64,000 bases of DNA from Myxococcota bacterium. Its GTDB lineage: Bacteria; Myxococcota_A; UBA9160; UBA6930. Positions 9,396-20,084 of the stretch are shown here, piece after piece; the first letter of the stretch is position 1; every line of letters begins with the position of its first letter. The notes under the pieces were generated by a model. That model was not told the DNA's origin. It worked only from the letters and a program-made list of their open reading frames with translations, and ran no database searches. Position numbers and translations under genes: made by a program. The DNA is taken from NCBI GenBank assembly GCA_965223705.1, contig OZ245015.1, positions 3,712,001-3,776,000 on the forward strand, in the 5' to 3' direction.

Positions 9396-11153
9396 ATGCC
9401 GAACCGCTGCCTATCTCTGTTGATCGCCTGCGCGATGGCCGCCTCGTTCCCGGCTTGGGCCGACGATCGCTCGGAATCCGGCGTGCAGCTGGGAAGGAAC
9501 GACGTTTCGCCTTCCCGCCGTATCGAGCCGCGAACTCGGGACCACCGCCCGCGAGGCGACCGCTGGAGAAGGCACCCGGCGTCCGTACGCAGCATCGACG
9601 GCAGTGGAAACCATCGCGACCACCATGAGCGCAACGCCGCACATACCCCGCTCATCCGAATGGTTCCGGCCGATTACGCCGACGGCGTCTCGGCCATGTC
9701 CGGCCCTGACCGGCCCAGCGCCCGCGAAGTCAGCAACCGGGTGCACGCCCAAACCGCGCTCGTCGCGAACCCGTATGGAACCAGCGACTACCTGTGGCAA
9801 TGGGGGCAATTCCTCGACCACGACATCGATCTGACGGAAGGCAGCGACCCGCCCGAGTTCGCGGGGATCCCCGTCCCGGTCGGCGATCCCTTCTTCGACC
9901 CCGACTGGACGGGCTCACAAGTGATCCCGTTCAACCGCTCGATCCACGACCTGGAAACGGGTACGAACCCTGAGAACCCTCGCGAGCAGATCAACGAGAT
10001 CACGGGATGGATCGACGGCTCGAACGTCTACGGCTCCGACAGCGTGCGCGCTTCCGCGTTGCGAGCCAACGACGGTACGGGCCGTCTTGCGACGGGCCCC
10101 GGGAATCTCCTCCCCGACAGTGACGGTACGTTGCCGAACGCCACGGGAGGCTCCAGCCAGGTGATGTTTCTGGCGGGGGATGTGCGCGCCAACGAGCAGG
10201 TGGGCCTCACGGCACTTCACACGCTGTTCGTTCGCGAGCACAATCGCCTCGCCGACCGGATCCGCCGGCGCCACCGGCGACTTTCGGGTGATGAGGTCTA
10301 CGAACGCGCCCGGCGAATCGTGGGCGCGCTGATGCAGGCCATCACGTACAACGAGTTCTTGCCGGCCCTCCTGGGCCCTCGGGCCATTCCGCCATACCGA
10401 GGCTACGACCGATGGGTCGACGCGCGTATCGCCAATGAGTTCTCGACGGCGGGCTACCGGTTCGGCCACAGCGCACTCTCGCCGCGACTTCTACGTCTCG
10501 ATCGCAAGCTCCGTGAAACGGTCGACGGGCACGTCGCGTTGCGCGACGCGTTTTTCAATCCCGACCGCGTGCGCGACGAAGGAGGTATCGAACCGATTCT
10601 CCGCGGCCTCGCCTACCAGCGTCACCAGCGAATCGATGCGTTCATCGTCGACGACGTTCGCAACTTCCTGTTCGGTCCGCCGGGGCACGGGGGCTTCGAT
10701 CTCGCGGCTTTGAACGTGCAGCGCGGCCGAGATCACGGTCTCGGTTCCTTCAACGCGGCCCGCACGGCGTACGGGCTCGCACCCGTGAGCGACTTCTCCG
10801 ACATCAGCTCGGATCCGGAAATCCGCGCGCGGCTCGCGGATACGTACGAAAACGTCGACGACGTCGACGCTTGGGTCGGCTGTCTATCGGAAGACCCGAT
10901 GCCTCATGCGCAGGTCGGAGAACTCGCTTACGAGATCCTCGTCGACCAGTTCACGGCCCTGCGCGACGGCGACCGCTTCTGGTACGAACGCACGCTTCGA
11001 GGCCGAGACCTCGAGGAGGTTCGGGGCACCCGACTGTCCGATGTCATCCGGCGCAATACCACGATCGGCCGCGAGATTCCGGGCGATGTCTTCCGAGTGA
11101 AGGATCACCGACGAGCGCCGAAACGCCGCCTCAGCTGGTGGTGGCGTCGCTAG
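9396..11153 (+). CDS. secreted animal-type haem peroxidase (peroxidase-cyclooxygenase superfamily)
   Basis: RSIDGSGN, WGQFLDHD, IDGSNVYG, GDVRANE, REHNR, YRFGHS, QRGRDHG, RDGDRFW; signal peptide. Confidence 0.92.
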   Translation: MPNRCLSLLIACAMAASFPAWADDRSESGVQLGRNDVSPSRRIEPRTRDHRPRGDRWRRHPASVRSIDGSGNHRDHHERNAAHTPLIRMVPADYADGVSAMSGPDRPSAREVSNRVHAQTALVANPYGTSDYLWQWGQFLDHDIDLTEGSDPPEFAGIPVPVGDPFFDPDWTGSQVIPFNRSIHDLETGTNPENPREQINEITGWIDGSNVYGSDSVRASALRANDGTGRLATGPGNLLPDSDGTLPNATGGSSQVMFLAGDVRANEQVGLTALHTLFVREHNRLADRIRRRHRRLSGDEVYERARRIVGALMQAITYNEFLPALLGPRAIPPYRGYDRWVDARIANEFSTAGYRFGHSALSPRLLRLDRKLRETVDGHVALRDAFFNPDRVRDEGGIEPILRGLAYQRHQRIDAFIVDDVRNFLFGPPGHGGFDLAALNVQRGRDHGLGSFNAARTAYGLAPVSDFSDISSDPEIRARLADTYENVDDVDAWVGCLSEDPMPHAQVGELAYEILVDQFTALRDGDRFWYERTLRGRDLEEVRGTRLSDVIRRNTTIGREIPGDVFRVKDHRRAPKRRLSWWWRR

Positions 11154-12819
11154 CCCCGGTTCGGGTGGAGCGGATCTGCTGGATCGTCGTCGCGGGCGAT
11201 AGCGCCTCGGGATCGACGATGACCTCGATGAGCGCGGGTCGCCGACTCTCTGCGCACTGCAACGCGCGCGGAAGCGCCGCAGCGAATTCGGCGTTCGTTT
11301 CCGCGCGTAGCCCCAACGCCCCGTAGCTCTCCGCGAGCTTCGCGAAATCCGGGTTCGAAAGATCCGTCGCGTGAACGCGCTCGGGGTAACGGCGTTCTTG
11401 ATGCATACGGATCGTCCCGTACATCCCGTTGTTCGCGACGATCACCACGACTCCCAGCTCGTAACGCGCGGCGGTCGATAGCTCTTGCCCCGTCATCAAG
11501 AAGCAGCCGTCGCCGGCAAAGCACACGACGCGGCGATCGGGGTGCCTCAGTGCGGCCGAGATCGCCGCCGGAAGCCCGTAGCCCATCGATCCCGAAGTCG
11601 GCGCCAGCTGCGTGCGGTAACCGCGATACGGGTAGTAACGGTTGACCCACGCGGCGTAGTTTCCGGCCCCGTTCGTCACGATGTCGTTCTCCCCCAGCGC
11701 GTCACCCACGCGCGCGACGACATGCTCGAGTTGCAAGGCTCCGGGAGTTGCGATCGGCGCCTGCGCGGCGCGGAACTCCGCGGCCGCTTCGCGGGTCCAC
11801 GCAGCCCACTCCGCCGCCGCTGGGGTCGCAAGTGCAGCGACCGCTTTCGCAAACGCCGGGCTCGACGAGTGGATGCCGAGATCGGGGCGATACATGCGAC
11901 CGATTTCGTCACCCGAAGCGTGGACGTGGACAAACGTCATTTGCGGGTTGGGGATCTTGACGTGGCTGTAGTCGCTCGAAGTGATCTCGCCGAGCCGCGC
12001 GCCGAGACAGATCAGCAGATCGCACTCGCGGATACGGGCCGCGGTTTTGGCATGGATGCCGATACCGGCGTGACCACAATAGTTGGGATGCCGGTTGTCG
12101 AAGTAGTCCTGGCACCGGAACGACGTACACACGGGAACGTGGTTCCGCTCGGAGAAGCGCGCCAGATCCCTCGCCGCGTCGGCGTTCCAACCCCCACCGC
12201 CCGCGATCAGCATCGGTTTTTTCGCGGCATTCAAGAGATCGCGAAACGTCTCGAGATCCTCGTCCGACACCTTGGCCAGGGCCGGCCTCGCGGGTTTGGA
12301 ATCCTCGACCTCTGCCGTGCCCGTGAGAACGTCTTCTGGAAACGCCAGCACAACCGGGCCGGGTCTGCCCGCGACGGCGACGTGAAACGCGCGACTTACG
12401 TACTCCGGAATGCGCGACGTATCGTCGACTTGCGCGACCCATTTGGCCATCTCGCCGAACACACGCCGGTAGTCCATCTCTTGAAAGGCCTCGCGATCGA
12501 GAGCACCTCGCGCGACTTGGCCGACGATCAAGATCATCGGCGTGGAGTCTTGGAACGCGACGTGTACACCCGAAGCGGCGTTGGTGGCCCCCGGCCCACG
12601 GGTCACCATGCAGACGCCGGGGCGCCCGGTCAGCTTCCCCGCGGCTTCCGCCATCATGGCGGCGCCGCCTTCTTGTCGGCACACGATGGTTTGGATCTCG
12701 GAAACGTCGCGGAGCCCATCGAGAGCCGCGAGAAAGCTCTCGCCCGGCACACAAAAGACGCGATCGCAGCCCTGGATACGAAGTTGGTCCGCGAGGATCT
12801 GACCGCCGTGTCGCGTCAC
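11131..12819 (-). CDS. thiamine pyrophosphate-dependent enzyme (acetolactate synthase large subunit-like)
   Basis: FCVPGES, RQEGGAAMMA, TRGPGATN, GSMGYGLP, GDGCFLM...NNGMYG; GTG start overlaps upstream TGA. Confidence 0.9.
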   Translation of the reverse strand: MTRHGGQILADQLRIQGCDRVFCVPGESFLAALDGLRDVSEIQTIVCRQEGGAAMMAEAAGKLTGRPGVCMVTRGPGATNAASGVHVAFQDSTPMILIVGQVARGALDREAFQEMDYRRVFGEMAKWVAQVDDTSRIPEYVSRAFHVAVAGRPGPVVLAFPEDVLTGTAEVEDSKPARPALAKVSDEDLETFRDLLNAAKKPMLIAGGGGWNADAARDLARFSERNHVPVCTSFRCQDYFDNRHPNYCGHAGIGIHAKTAARIRECDLLICLGARLGEITSSDYSHVKIPNPQMTFVHVHASGDEIGRMYRPDLGIHSSSPAFAKAVAALATPAAAEWAAWTREAAAEFRAAQAPIATPGALQLEHVVARVGDALGENDIVTNGAGNYAAWVNRYYPYRGYRTQLAPTSGSMGYGLPAAISAALRHPDRRVVCFAGDGCFLMTGQELSTAARYELGVVVIVANNGMYGTIRMHQERRYPERVHATDLSNPDFAKLAESYGALGLRAETNAEFAAALPRALQCAESRRPALIEVIVDPEALSPATTIQQIRSTRTGASDATTS

Positions 12820-13487
12820 GATTTCGCACGCGGTCGGATCAAGCTCATGCCGTCGCCGATATAGATCATGACGACGTCGACGCGTGGATCCGCCAGAACG
12901 TGTTCGTTGAACGCGCGGATCGCCGTCAAGTTCTCGTCGTCCTCCTCCGACGGTGGTTTCGCCACCGACCCGCTCCAAAGAACGTTGTCGACGCAGATGA
13001 GGCCCGTCGGCGCGACCCGCTCGAGGACGAGTTCGTAGTACGTGCGGTAGTTCGGTTTGTCGGCGTCGATGAACGCGAAGTCGATCGCCTCCTCGGCGGG
13101 CAGCGCCGCGAGGGTCTCCGCGGCGGGGCCGATCCGCAGATCGATGCGATCGGCGACGCCCGCGCGCTCCCAGTACGGCCGCCCGATGCGGGTCCATTCG
13201 TCGGACACATCGCAACAGAGCAGCCGTCCGCCCGGCGGGAGACCGCGCGCGATCGCGAGCGCGGAAAGACCGGTGAAGGTGCCGACCTCTACGGCGAATC
13301 GGGCGCGGGTGAGCGCGACGAGTTGAGTCAACAGGGCGGATTGCTCGGCGGCGACCTGCATTCGGGAGACGCCTCCCAGCGCGCGGGTCTCGTCGATGAG
13401 CGCCTGAGCTATTTCGTCGGGTGCCTGGCTGTGGGCTGTGGCGTAGTCGTAGGTCGCGTCGCCGATCGATTTGCGTACGGTGGTCAT
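12816..13487 (-). CDS. O-methyltransferase (caffeoyl-CoA/catechol OMT family)
   Basis: EVGTFTGLS, FIDADKPNY, VDNVLWSG; start reset to ATG 13487. Confidence 0.9.
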   Translation of the reverse strand: MTTVRKSIGDATYDYATAHSQAPDEIAQALIDETRALGGVSRMQVAAEQSALLTQLVALTRARFAVEVGTFTGLSALAIARGLPPGGRLLCCDVSDEWTRIGRPYWERAGVADRIDLRIGPAAETLAALPAEEAIDFAFIDADKPNYRTYYELVLERVAPTGLICVDNVLWSGSVAKPPSEEDDENLTAIRAFNEHVLADPRVDVVMIYIGDGMSLIRPRAKS

Positions 13488-13541
13488 GGGGCGGAGACTA
13501 GCGAAGCGCCGAGAAGCCCTCGGCACCTCGGGGAGGGCTCC

Positions 13542-14687
13542 ATGCGAACGAAAGACGTCGCGGTCATCGGACTCGGCGGAATGGGAACGGCTGCCGCTTT
13601 TCACTGCGCGCGACGGGGCGCCTCGGTGGTGGGCTTCGAGCAGTTCGGTGAGGCGCACGCGCTCGGCTCGAGTCACGGTGATTCCCGCGTCATCCGCGAG
13701 GCCTATTTCGAAGACCCGGCGTACGTGCCGCTGCTGCGCCGCGCCTACGACTTGTGGGCCGAGGCCTCGGAAGCGTCGGGCGAGTCACTCATCACGCTGT
13801 GCGGGGGCTTGATGATCGGCCGCGAAGGCGATGCGGTGGTCGCGGGCAGTATTTCGAGCGCCCGCCAGTGGGACATCGCGCACGAGATCCTCGACGCGCG
13901 GGAGATCCGTCGGCGATGGCCCCAGATGACGCCGACGGACGATCAGATCGCGCTCTTCGAGCATCGCAGCGGTTTCGTTCCGCCGGAGAAGTCGGTGAGA
14001 GCTCATTGCGCATTGGCGCGGCAGGCCGGAGCGGACCTCTTTTTCGATACTCCCGTAGCGAACCTCCGCGAGACCGCGGACGCCGTCGAGATCGAGGTCG
14101 CCGAAGAGCGCTGGTCCGTCGGCCGCGTCATCGTCACCGCCGGGCCCTGGGCCGGGCAGCTCATGCCGCGCTGGTCCGAGGCACTTTCCGTCAAGCGCGT
14201 CGGCATGTTCTGGTTTCGCCCCGAAGATTGGGATCGGTATACCGTCGGCGAATTTCCCGTCCACGTGTGGGACGATGCGGAGCGACTGCGACTCTACGGC
14301 TTCCCGGCGCACGGGGATCCGCACGGCGGCGTCAAGGTCGCGTTCTTCAGGGCCGGCGACGTATGCACTCCCGAAAGTGTCGATCGGGAGGTTCGGCCCG
14401 ACGAGATCGAGGCCATGCGCTCCCATTTGCGCGATCGCGTGCCGGGGCTCGCTGGTGAATGCGTCAAAGCGACGATCTGCCTCTACACCGACACCCCGGA
14501 CGAGCACTTTATCATCGGAGCGCATCCGGAGAACGACCGCTTGGTACTCGCCGCCGGCTTCTCCGGGCACGGTTTCAAGTTCGTCCCGGTCGTTGGAGAA
14601 ATCTGTGCCGACCTGGCACTCGAGGGAGAGACCGCTCACCCCGTGGATCTGTTCTCACCGACGCGCCCGTCTCTCGCTTCGCGCTAG
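13542..14687 (+). CDS. solA: N-methyl-L-tryptophan oxidase / monomeric sarcosine oxidase family flavoprotein
   Basis: VIGLGGMG, GSSHGDSRVIR, CLYT (covalent-FAD Cys), GFSGHGFKF; GGGAGG RBS before ATG 13542. Confidence 0.85.
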   Translation: MRTKDVAVIGLGGMGTAAAFHCARRGASVVGFEQFGEAHALGSSHGDSRVIREAYFEDPAYVPLLRRAYDLWAEASEASGESLITLCGGLMIGREGDAVVAGSISSARQWDIAHEILDAREIRRRWPQMTPTDDQIALFEHRSGFVPPEKSVRAHCALARQAGADLFFDTPVANLRETADAVEIEVAEERWSVGRVIVTAGPWAGQLMPRWSEALSVKRVGMFWFRPEDWDRYTVGEFPVHVWDDAERLRLYGFPAHGDPHGGVKVAFFRAGDVCTPESVDREVRPDEIEAMRSHLRDRVPGLAGECVKATICLYTDTPDEHFIIGAHPENDRLVLAAGFSGHGFKFVPVVGEICADLALEGETAHPVDLFSPTRPSLASR

Positions 14688-14723
14688 GCTGGGGATGAGC
14701 TTTCACCGAGAACTGAGGTCACC

Positions 14724-15185
14724 ATGCGATCCTGCGCACCCCTAGCTCTGGCACTGTTGCTGGCCGCAACCTCGGTTTGGGCCGAAGAATGGACGCCCGA
14801 ACCGCTTCGCTACGCGCGGGTCGCCCTCGACGAAAACGATCGATCGTATTTCGCCGACGTCCGCGAAACGTTGGAAGTCAAGAATTTCGCGCCTCCGGCC
14901 GGGCCCCTCGGCGTGGCCGCGCTGCGGGATGCGAAGTCACTCACCTTCACGAGCGCGGATGCCGCGTGGGTCGGCGACTGGCATCCGACCCCGCGCGTTC
15001 AGTACGTGCTCGTGATGAAGGGCGAAGTCGAGATCACGGTTGAAACCGGCGAGTCGCGTCGCTTCGGCCCCGGCTCCGTCGTCCTGCTCGAAGACGTGCG
15101 AGGGAAGGGGCACGACTCGCGGGTGGTCAGCGACACGCCGGCTCTCTTCGCGATGATCGCGGTCCCGCAAGAAGACGCGAACTAG
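14724..15185 (+). CDS. exported cupin-domain protein
   Basis: signal peptide; WHPTPRVQY...GEVEI...FGPGSVVLLED...GKGH. Confidence 0.75.
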   Translation: MRSCAPLALALLLAATSVWAEEWTPEPLRYARVALDENDRSYFADVRETLEVKNFAPPAGPLGVAALRDAKSLTFTSADAAWVGDWHPTPRVQYVLVMKGEVEITVETGESRRFGPGSVVLLEDVRGKGHDSRVVSDTPALFAMIAVPQEDAN

Positions 15186-16609
15186 CGGGGGAGATCGGGC
15201 CAGCGATGGGCCCACGGCTGGGCCACTTCGAGCTGTGCCGAGAGCCGCAGCAACTTGGCTTCATCTCCGAAACGCCCCATCAACTGCACGCCGATCGGTA
15301 GGCCCGCGTCGTTCCAACAAAGCGGAAGAGAAATCGCGGGCTGACCGGTCACGTTCGCGATGGCGGTAAAGCGCGGAATGTCCTCCATCCGCTTCGTCGC
15401 TTGCCGCGGCGCTTCGGGATCGTGATCGAAGTAGCCGAGGGGCACCGGCGGTTGCGTCATCGTGGGCGTGAGCCACACGTCATAGCGCTCGAAGAACGGC
15501 GCCACTTCGCGAGCGAACCGCTGCATGTCGTCGAGGGCGAGCAGGAAGTCCGACGGACGCGTCCGAGAATCGAGCTCGTACATCTTCCAGGTGTGGGGCT
15601 CGAACGAATCGCGCTCGGGGGTCCGCCCGGTCCGCTTCGACCAATCGCGAATCATCCAGGCGAGCATCCCCAGCCAGATCGTCGTGAAGAAACGACTGAA
15701 GTGTTCGCCGTCGGCATCGGGCTTCGCGATCTCGACCTGGTGACCCAGCGATTCGCAAAGACTCGCGGTCTCCTCCGCGGCGCGTCGGCAATCGGGATGG
15801 ACGTCGGCGGGCGTGATGGGTTCGGTACTCATCGCGATGCGAAGCGATCCCGGATCGGCGCCGACCTCGTCGGCGAAGGGCCTCACCGGCGGCGGCGGGT
15901 AGTGTGGCGCCCCGAGATCTGGACCCGCCGTGACGTCGAGGACCAGCGCGCTGTCGCGCACCGTCCGCGTCACCACGTGTTCGCTGAGAAGACCCGCACC
16001 GCCGACGTCGCCGTAGTCGGGCCCCAGCGGATTGCGGCCGCGGGTCCCTTTGAGTCCGACCAGCCCACAGACCGATGCCGGGATTCGCGTCGACCCGCCC
16101 CCGTCGTTCGCGTGGGCGAGCGCGACCATGCCGGCCGCGACTGCGGCGCCCGAACCGCCCGACGATCCGCCGGGCGACCGCGTCGTATCCCACGGGTTGC
16201 GCGTCGGGCCGTAAAAGGTGGGCTCCGTCGTCGGCTTGGAAGCGAACTCTGGAGAGTTCGTCCGCCCGATGGGGATAAAGCCCGCCCGCTTGTAGCGGGC
16301 GACCAATTCGCTGTCACGCGGCGAGACAAAGCCCTCGAGAAAGCGCGATCCTTCCGTGATAGGCCAACCTTCGTGTTCGGCGAGCACGTCCTTGAGGAGC
16401 ATCGGCACACCGGAGAAGGGTTCGTCTCCCCGGAGGTTCTTCACCGCGGCGCGGGCGTGGTCGAACATCGGGTGCACGACGGCGTTGAGCGCGGGATTGA
16501 GCTTTTCCACGGCCGCGATCGCGGCGTCGACGAGCTCCGGAGCCGAGACCTCACCCCTTCGCACCAGCTCCGCCTGCTCGACGACGCTTTTTCGCATCAA
16601 TTCGTCCAC
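15182..16609 (-). CDS. amidase-signature family enzyme
   Basis: [31 protein letters not shown] (Lys-cisSer-Ser triad). Confidence 0.92.
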   Translation of the reverse strand: MDELMRKSVVEQAELVRRGEVSAPELVDAAIAAVEKLNPALNAVVHPMFDHARAAVKNLRGDEPFSGVPMLLKDVLAEHEGWPITEGSRFLEGFVSPRDSELVARYKRAGFIPIGRTNSPEFASKPTTEPTFYGPTRNPWDTTRSPGGSSGGSGAAVAAGMVALAHANDGGGSTRIPASVCGLVGLKGTRGRNPLGPDYGDVGGAGLLSEHVVTRTVRDSALVLDVTAGPDLGAPHYPPPPVRPFADEVGADPGSLRIAMSTEPITPADVHPDCRRAAEETASLCESLGHQVEIAKPDADGEHFSRFFTTIWLGMLAWMIRDWSKRTGRTPERDSFEPHTWKMYELDSRTRPSDFLLALDDMQRFAREVAPFFERYDVWLTPTMTQPPVPLGYFDHDPEAPRQATKRMEDIPRFTAIANVTGQPAISLPLCWNDAGLPIGVQLMGRFGDEAKLLRLSAQLEVAQPWAHRWPDLPR

Positions 16610-16646
16610 GGATCGCTCCTGTCTCCCCCGCTCGCCATTCTACGCG

Positions 16647-17861
16647 TCAGCGAGCGGGGGCGGCGAGGTTCTTCGTGCCGGCGCGAACGGCGCCTCGAAG
16701 GACGACGACGGAGGCGCCGGCGATGACCATCGCACCGACAATAGCCGCGGCGAAGCCGCCGGTTCGATCGATCAGCCAGCCGGCCGCGACCGGCCCGATG
16801 AGACCGCCAAAGCCGCACCCCGTGTACAAGGCCCCCAGCGTGGTGCCGAGGCCATCCGTGCCGAAGAGGTAAGCGGCGGCCGCGGGCGTGAGGGCGACGT
16901 AACCGCCGTATGCCAGACCGAGGAGGAGCGCGAAGCCGGCGAGGAGCACGTACCGGTCACCCCCGAACAGCCAGAGCGCGAAGCAACCGCCGAGGACGAC
17001 GAAGCAGCCCTGGTAGAGCGTGAGCAACCCGAAGCGATCGGCGAACGCGCCGAGACACAAACGACCCGCTAAGGACCCGAATCCCAGGAAACTCATCAAG
17101 GCCGCCGCCTCCCCGCTCCCGATGCCGTTTGAGACCGCATAGGGCGCGAGAAACACGATGGGCACGTAGAGCGCGAGTGTCATCAAGAGCGAGCCGCCGT
17201 ACATGGAACGAAACGACGGCATCCGCCAGAGCGCCGCCAATCGCACCGGGGCAGCCTCCGCGGTCCCGGGCGCCCGCGCGACCAAGGCGGCCGCAGTCAG
17301 TAGGCCGACGAGCGCAACGATCGCGGCCCATTCGTAAGTCCCTCGCCAACCAATGGTCTCGATGAAATGGTTTGCGACAGGCGGTCCGATCAAGGTGCCG
17401 ACCCCGATGCCCGACACCGCGATGCCCAGCGCTAGCGCGCGGTAGCGTTCGAACCAACCGGAGACCTGCGAAACCATGGGCACGTAGCAGCACGCCACGC
17501 CCACACCGAGCCCTACCCCGTACGTGGCGTAGCCCCAGTGAATCGCCTCGACGCGGGACGTCAGCCACAAACCGAGAACCATCGACGCGCAACCGAACAA
17601 CACGACCGGTCGGGGTCCGAACCGATCGCTGGCGCGGCCCGCCGGCAAACTCAACATGAACAGAAAGAAGATCGTGAGACCGAACATGAGCGACGTGGCC
17701 CCGTTCCCGGTGCCGAACTCGAGAGCCATCGCCCGTAGAAAGGTTGTGAAGCTGTAGGTGATGCTGAAGAGCGTGGTCGTCGCGATGAACGTCGCCGCAA
17801 CCACGCCCCACCCGCGAAGCGAGTCGACTGTGTGCACCGGGGCCTGCCTTTCCGGGAACAC
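16647..17861 (-). CDS. MFS transporter (MCT/OFA-like)
   Basis: about 12 hydrophobic segments; GRASDRFGPR motif A; WFERYRALALG. Confidence 0.88.
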   Translation of the reverse strand: MFPERQAPVHTVDSLRGWGVVAATFIATTTLFSITYSFTTFLRAMALEFGTGNGATSLMFGLTIFFLFMLSLPAGRASDRFGPRPVVLFGCASMVLGLWLTSRVEAIHWGYATYGVGLGVGVACCYVPMVSQVSGWFERYRALALGIAVSGIGVGTLIGPPVANHFIETIGWRGTYEWAAIVALVGLLTAAALVARAPGTAEAAPVRLAALWRMPSFRSMYGGSLLMTLALYVPIVFLAPYAVSNGIGSGEAAALMSFLGFGSLAGRLCLGAFADRFGLLTLYQGCFVVLGGCFALWLFGGDRYVLLAGFALLLGLAYGGYVALTPAAAAYLFGTDGLGTTLGALYTGCGFGGLIGPVAAGWLIDRTGGFAAAIVGAMVIAGASVVVLRGAVRAGTKNLAAPAR

Positions 17862-17871
17862 CCCGGTCCTC

Positions 17872-17888
17872 GATGGTACAGTACCGTC
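17872..17888. promoter_or_regulatory. palindromic operator or bidirectional -10 element between MFS and Rieske oxygenase 1
   Basis: GATGGTAC-A-GTACCGTC (7/8 inverted repeat); core TGGTA-N3-TACCG recurs at 23386-23398. Confidence 0.5.
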
Positions 17889-17902
17889 CCGGAGAAGGCG
17901 GA

Positions 17903-19198
17903 ATGTCCGAAGCGGAAGACAACTCTCTTCTAGGCGACGCCCAGGACACGGACGAGCTCGTCGATCGTGTCGAGCGAAAGAAGCCGTACGAGCGCTACGT
18001 CGAGGCGAAGCTCGGACTGCGCAATCACTGGTACGCCGTTTTCTTCGGGAGTGAGCTCGAAGAAGGCCAGGTGCGCGGCGAAATGGTCTGCGGCGAACGC
18101 ATCGTCTTCAAGCGAGTCGGCGGGGACCTCTACGCCCTCGAAGACCGCTGTCCGCACCGAGGCGCTTCGTTCACCGCACGCCCCGAATGCTACAGCGAGA
18201 ACACGCTGACCTGCTGGCTTCACGGCTTCACCTTCGATGTGCGCGACGGAGCCCTCGTCGAAATTCTGACGGAACCCGGCAGCAAACTCGTCGGCAAACT
18301 CAAACACAAGACCTATCCCGTCCGTGAAATCAACGGCGTGGTGTTCCTCTTCATCGGCGACATGGATCCTCCGCCGCCGGTGGAACAGGACATCCAACCG
18401 AAGTTCCTCCGCCCGGGGCTCGTCTGCCAACCGGTCGCGCGGAACAAGTCCCGCGCGAACTGGCGCCTCGCAACCGAAAACGGTTACGACGCCGCGCACC
18501 TCTACGCCCACCGCAATGCCGGGCTCTTCGAGCAGATCGATATCCCGGTTCCACTCTCCACATTCCCGAGTCGCAAAGACCAGGTGACGGAAGTCAACGG
18601 GGAAGAAGGCCCGTGGGGCATCGTCAAATTTGACGACATCAACATCTGGCACGCCGAAGTCGACGGCCATCCCGTGACGGCGCCCAACGTGTCGCCCGGC
18701 GAAACTCACGAGAACTGGGATATCGAAGTCGGGCTCTTCATGCCCTGTGGCCTGGAAGTCGACTACTTCCCCGCTCCGGGCGTGCTGCACTTCGAGTGGT
18801 ACACGCCGATCGACGAGGACCACCATCTCTACATCATCGCTCACGCCGCCGTGTGCGACGGCCCCGATGAGGAAGTGGCGTTTCGAGCGCGCTGCACGGA
18901 AGAGCTCGCGCCGTTGGTGTGGCGCGGCGAAGGCGACCCGGACTCCCCGGTTGGCGACGGCTCCGGCTGGGGCTTCAACAACTTCGACGATTGGGGGCGT
19001 GAGCAGATGCACCACGTCTACCACTACGAAGACTTCTGGCACCGCGAGCGCTTGTTCCGACCGGACTACATCGTGGTGCGCTGGCGCATGCTGGTCGCCC
19101 AGCGCATGCGCGGAATCCAGACCTGGGGTACCTGGGCGCCGACCCGCGGCTGGTCGCCGGACGGCCGGGGCTACGACCCGAAGTTTGGACCCAAGTAA
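17903..19198 (+). CDS. Rieske non-haem iron oxygenase, CarAa/OxoO (carbazole 1,9a-dioxygenase-like) type, copy 1
   Basis: YVEAKLGLRNHWY, Rieske CPH...CWLH, ENGYDAAHLYAH, FEWYTPIDE, GFNNFD iron-ligand Asp. Confidence 0.9.
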   Translation: MSEAEDNSLLGDAQDTDELVDRVERKKPYERYVEAKLGLRNHWYAVFFGSELEEGQVRGEMVCGERIVFKRVGGDLYALEDRCPHRGASFTARPECYSENTLTCWLHGFTFDVRDGALVEILTEPGSKLVGKLKHKTYPVREINGVVFLFIGDMDPPPPVEQDIQPKFLRPGLVCQPVARNKSRANWRLATENGYDAAHLYAHRNAGLFEQIDIPVPLSTFPSRKDQVTEVNGEEGPWGIVKFDDINIWHAEVDGHPVTAPNVSPGETHENWDIEVGLFMPCGLEVDYFPAPGVLHFEWYTPIDEDHHLYIIAHAAVCDGPDEEVAFRARCTEELAPLVWRGEGDPDSPVGDGSGWGFNNFDDWGREQMHHVYHYEDFWHRERLFRPDYIVVRWRMLVAQRMRGIQTWGTWAPTRGWSPDGRGYDPKFGPK

Positions 19199-19211
19199 CA
19201 CGAGGAACGCG

Positions 19212-20078
19212 ATGACGACCCTTTGGAACACACTGCAAGGCGTCCCCTTCAGGCAGTACTTCGTCGAGGCCGGCGGGGTCTCGACCCGCGTGATCGAAGC
19301 CGGCGAGGGACCGGCCCTCATTTTCCTGCACGGGACCGGCGGCCACGCCGAGGCCTACGCGCGCAATCTCGAAGCCCACGCGAAACATTTCCGAGTCCTC
19401 GCGATCGACATGGTGGGCCACGGTTACTCCGCGATGCCCGATGTCGATTACGGACCGCAGGTGTACATCGACTTTCTTCGCGACTTTGCCGACGTGATCG
19501 GTGAAGAGAAGATCTACGTATCCGGCGAATCCCTGGGAGCGCAAGTCGCCGCCTGGTTCGCGATCCAACACCCCGACCGCGTGCATAAGATCGTCATGAA
19601 CACGGGCATGCTCCTCCCACCCGATGAACTCGGCCGCCAAGACTTCAAAGAGTTTCTCGAACTCACGAAGAAAGCGACCGGCGCGCCGACGCGAGACGCC
19701 ATTCGCGAACGGTTGCGTTGGCTCGTGCACGAAGACCACAGCGTGACGGACGAACTGGTGGAAGTGCGCTTTCAAATCTATACGCAGCCCGGCCGCGCCG
19801 AGAACATCGGTAAAATCGGCAAAGCGAGCCTCGCCACCTTGATGGACGACGCCGTTGCAGCGGAGTGGACGCACGGTGGCCTGCTGAAGCAGATCGCGTG
19901 CCCCGTGCTGGTTTTGTGGACCCAGCACAATCCCGGCCAACGCTTGCCCGTCGCAGAAGAAGGGGCGGCGCTCATTCCGAACGCGGAGCTCACCGTGTTC
20001 CCGAACTCGGCCCACTGGCCGCAATGGGAAGAGCCCGAGCGGTTCAACGACGAACACCTGGCGTACCTGCTGAAGTAG
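19212..20078 (+). CDS. alpha/beta hydrolase, meta-cleavage product (BphD/MhpC/CarC-like) hydrolase
   Basis: FLHGTGG, IDMVGHG, GESLG nucleophile elbow, SAHWPQWE; GAGG RBS before ATG 19212. Confidence 0.8.
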   Translation: MTTLWNTLQGVPFRQYFVEAGGVSTRVIEAGEGPALIFLHGTGGHAEAYARNLEAHAKHFRVLAIDMVGHGYSAMPDVDYGPQVYIDFLRDFADVIGEEKIYVSGESLGAQVAAWFAIQHPDRVHKIVMNTGMLLPPDELGRQDFKEFLELTKKATGAPTRDAIRERLRWLVHEDHSVTDELVEVRFQIYTQPGRAENIGKIGKASLATLMDDAVAAEWTHGGLLKQIACPVLVLWTQHNPGQRLPVAEEGAALIPNAELTVFPNSAHWPQWEEPERFNDEHLAYLLK

Positions 20079-20084
20079 TCGCTC

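Noticed and set aside
17930..19321. Long antisense or alternative-frame ORFs (e.g. 17930-19321, 29514-31433, 42405-44363, 57640-59262, 11485-12864)
   Set aside because: Shadows of well-supported genes; Arg/Pro/Gly-rich with no motifs, as expected in high-GC DNA
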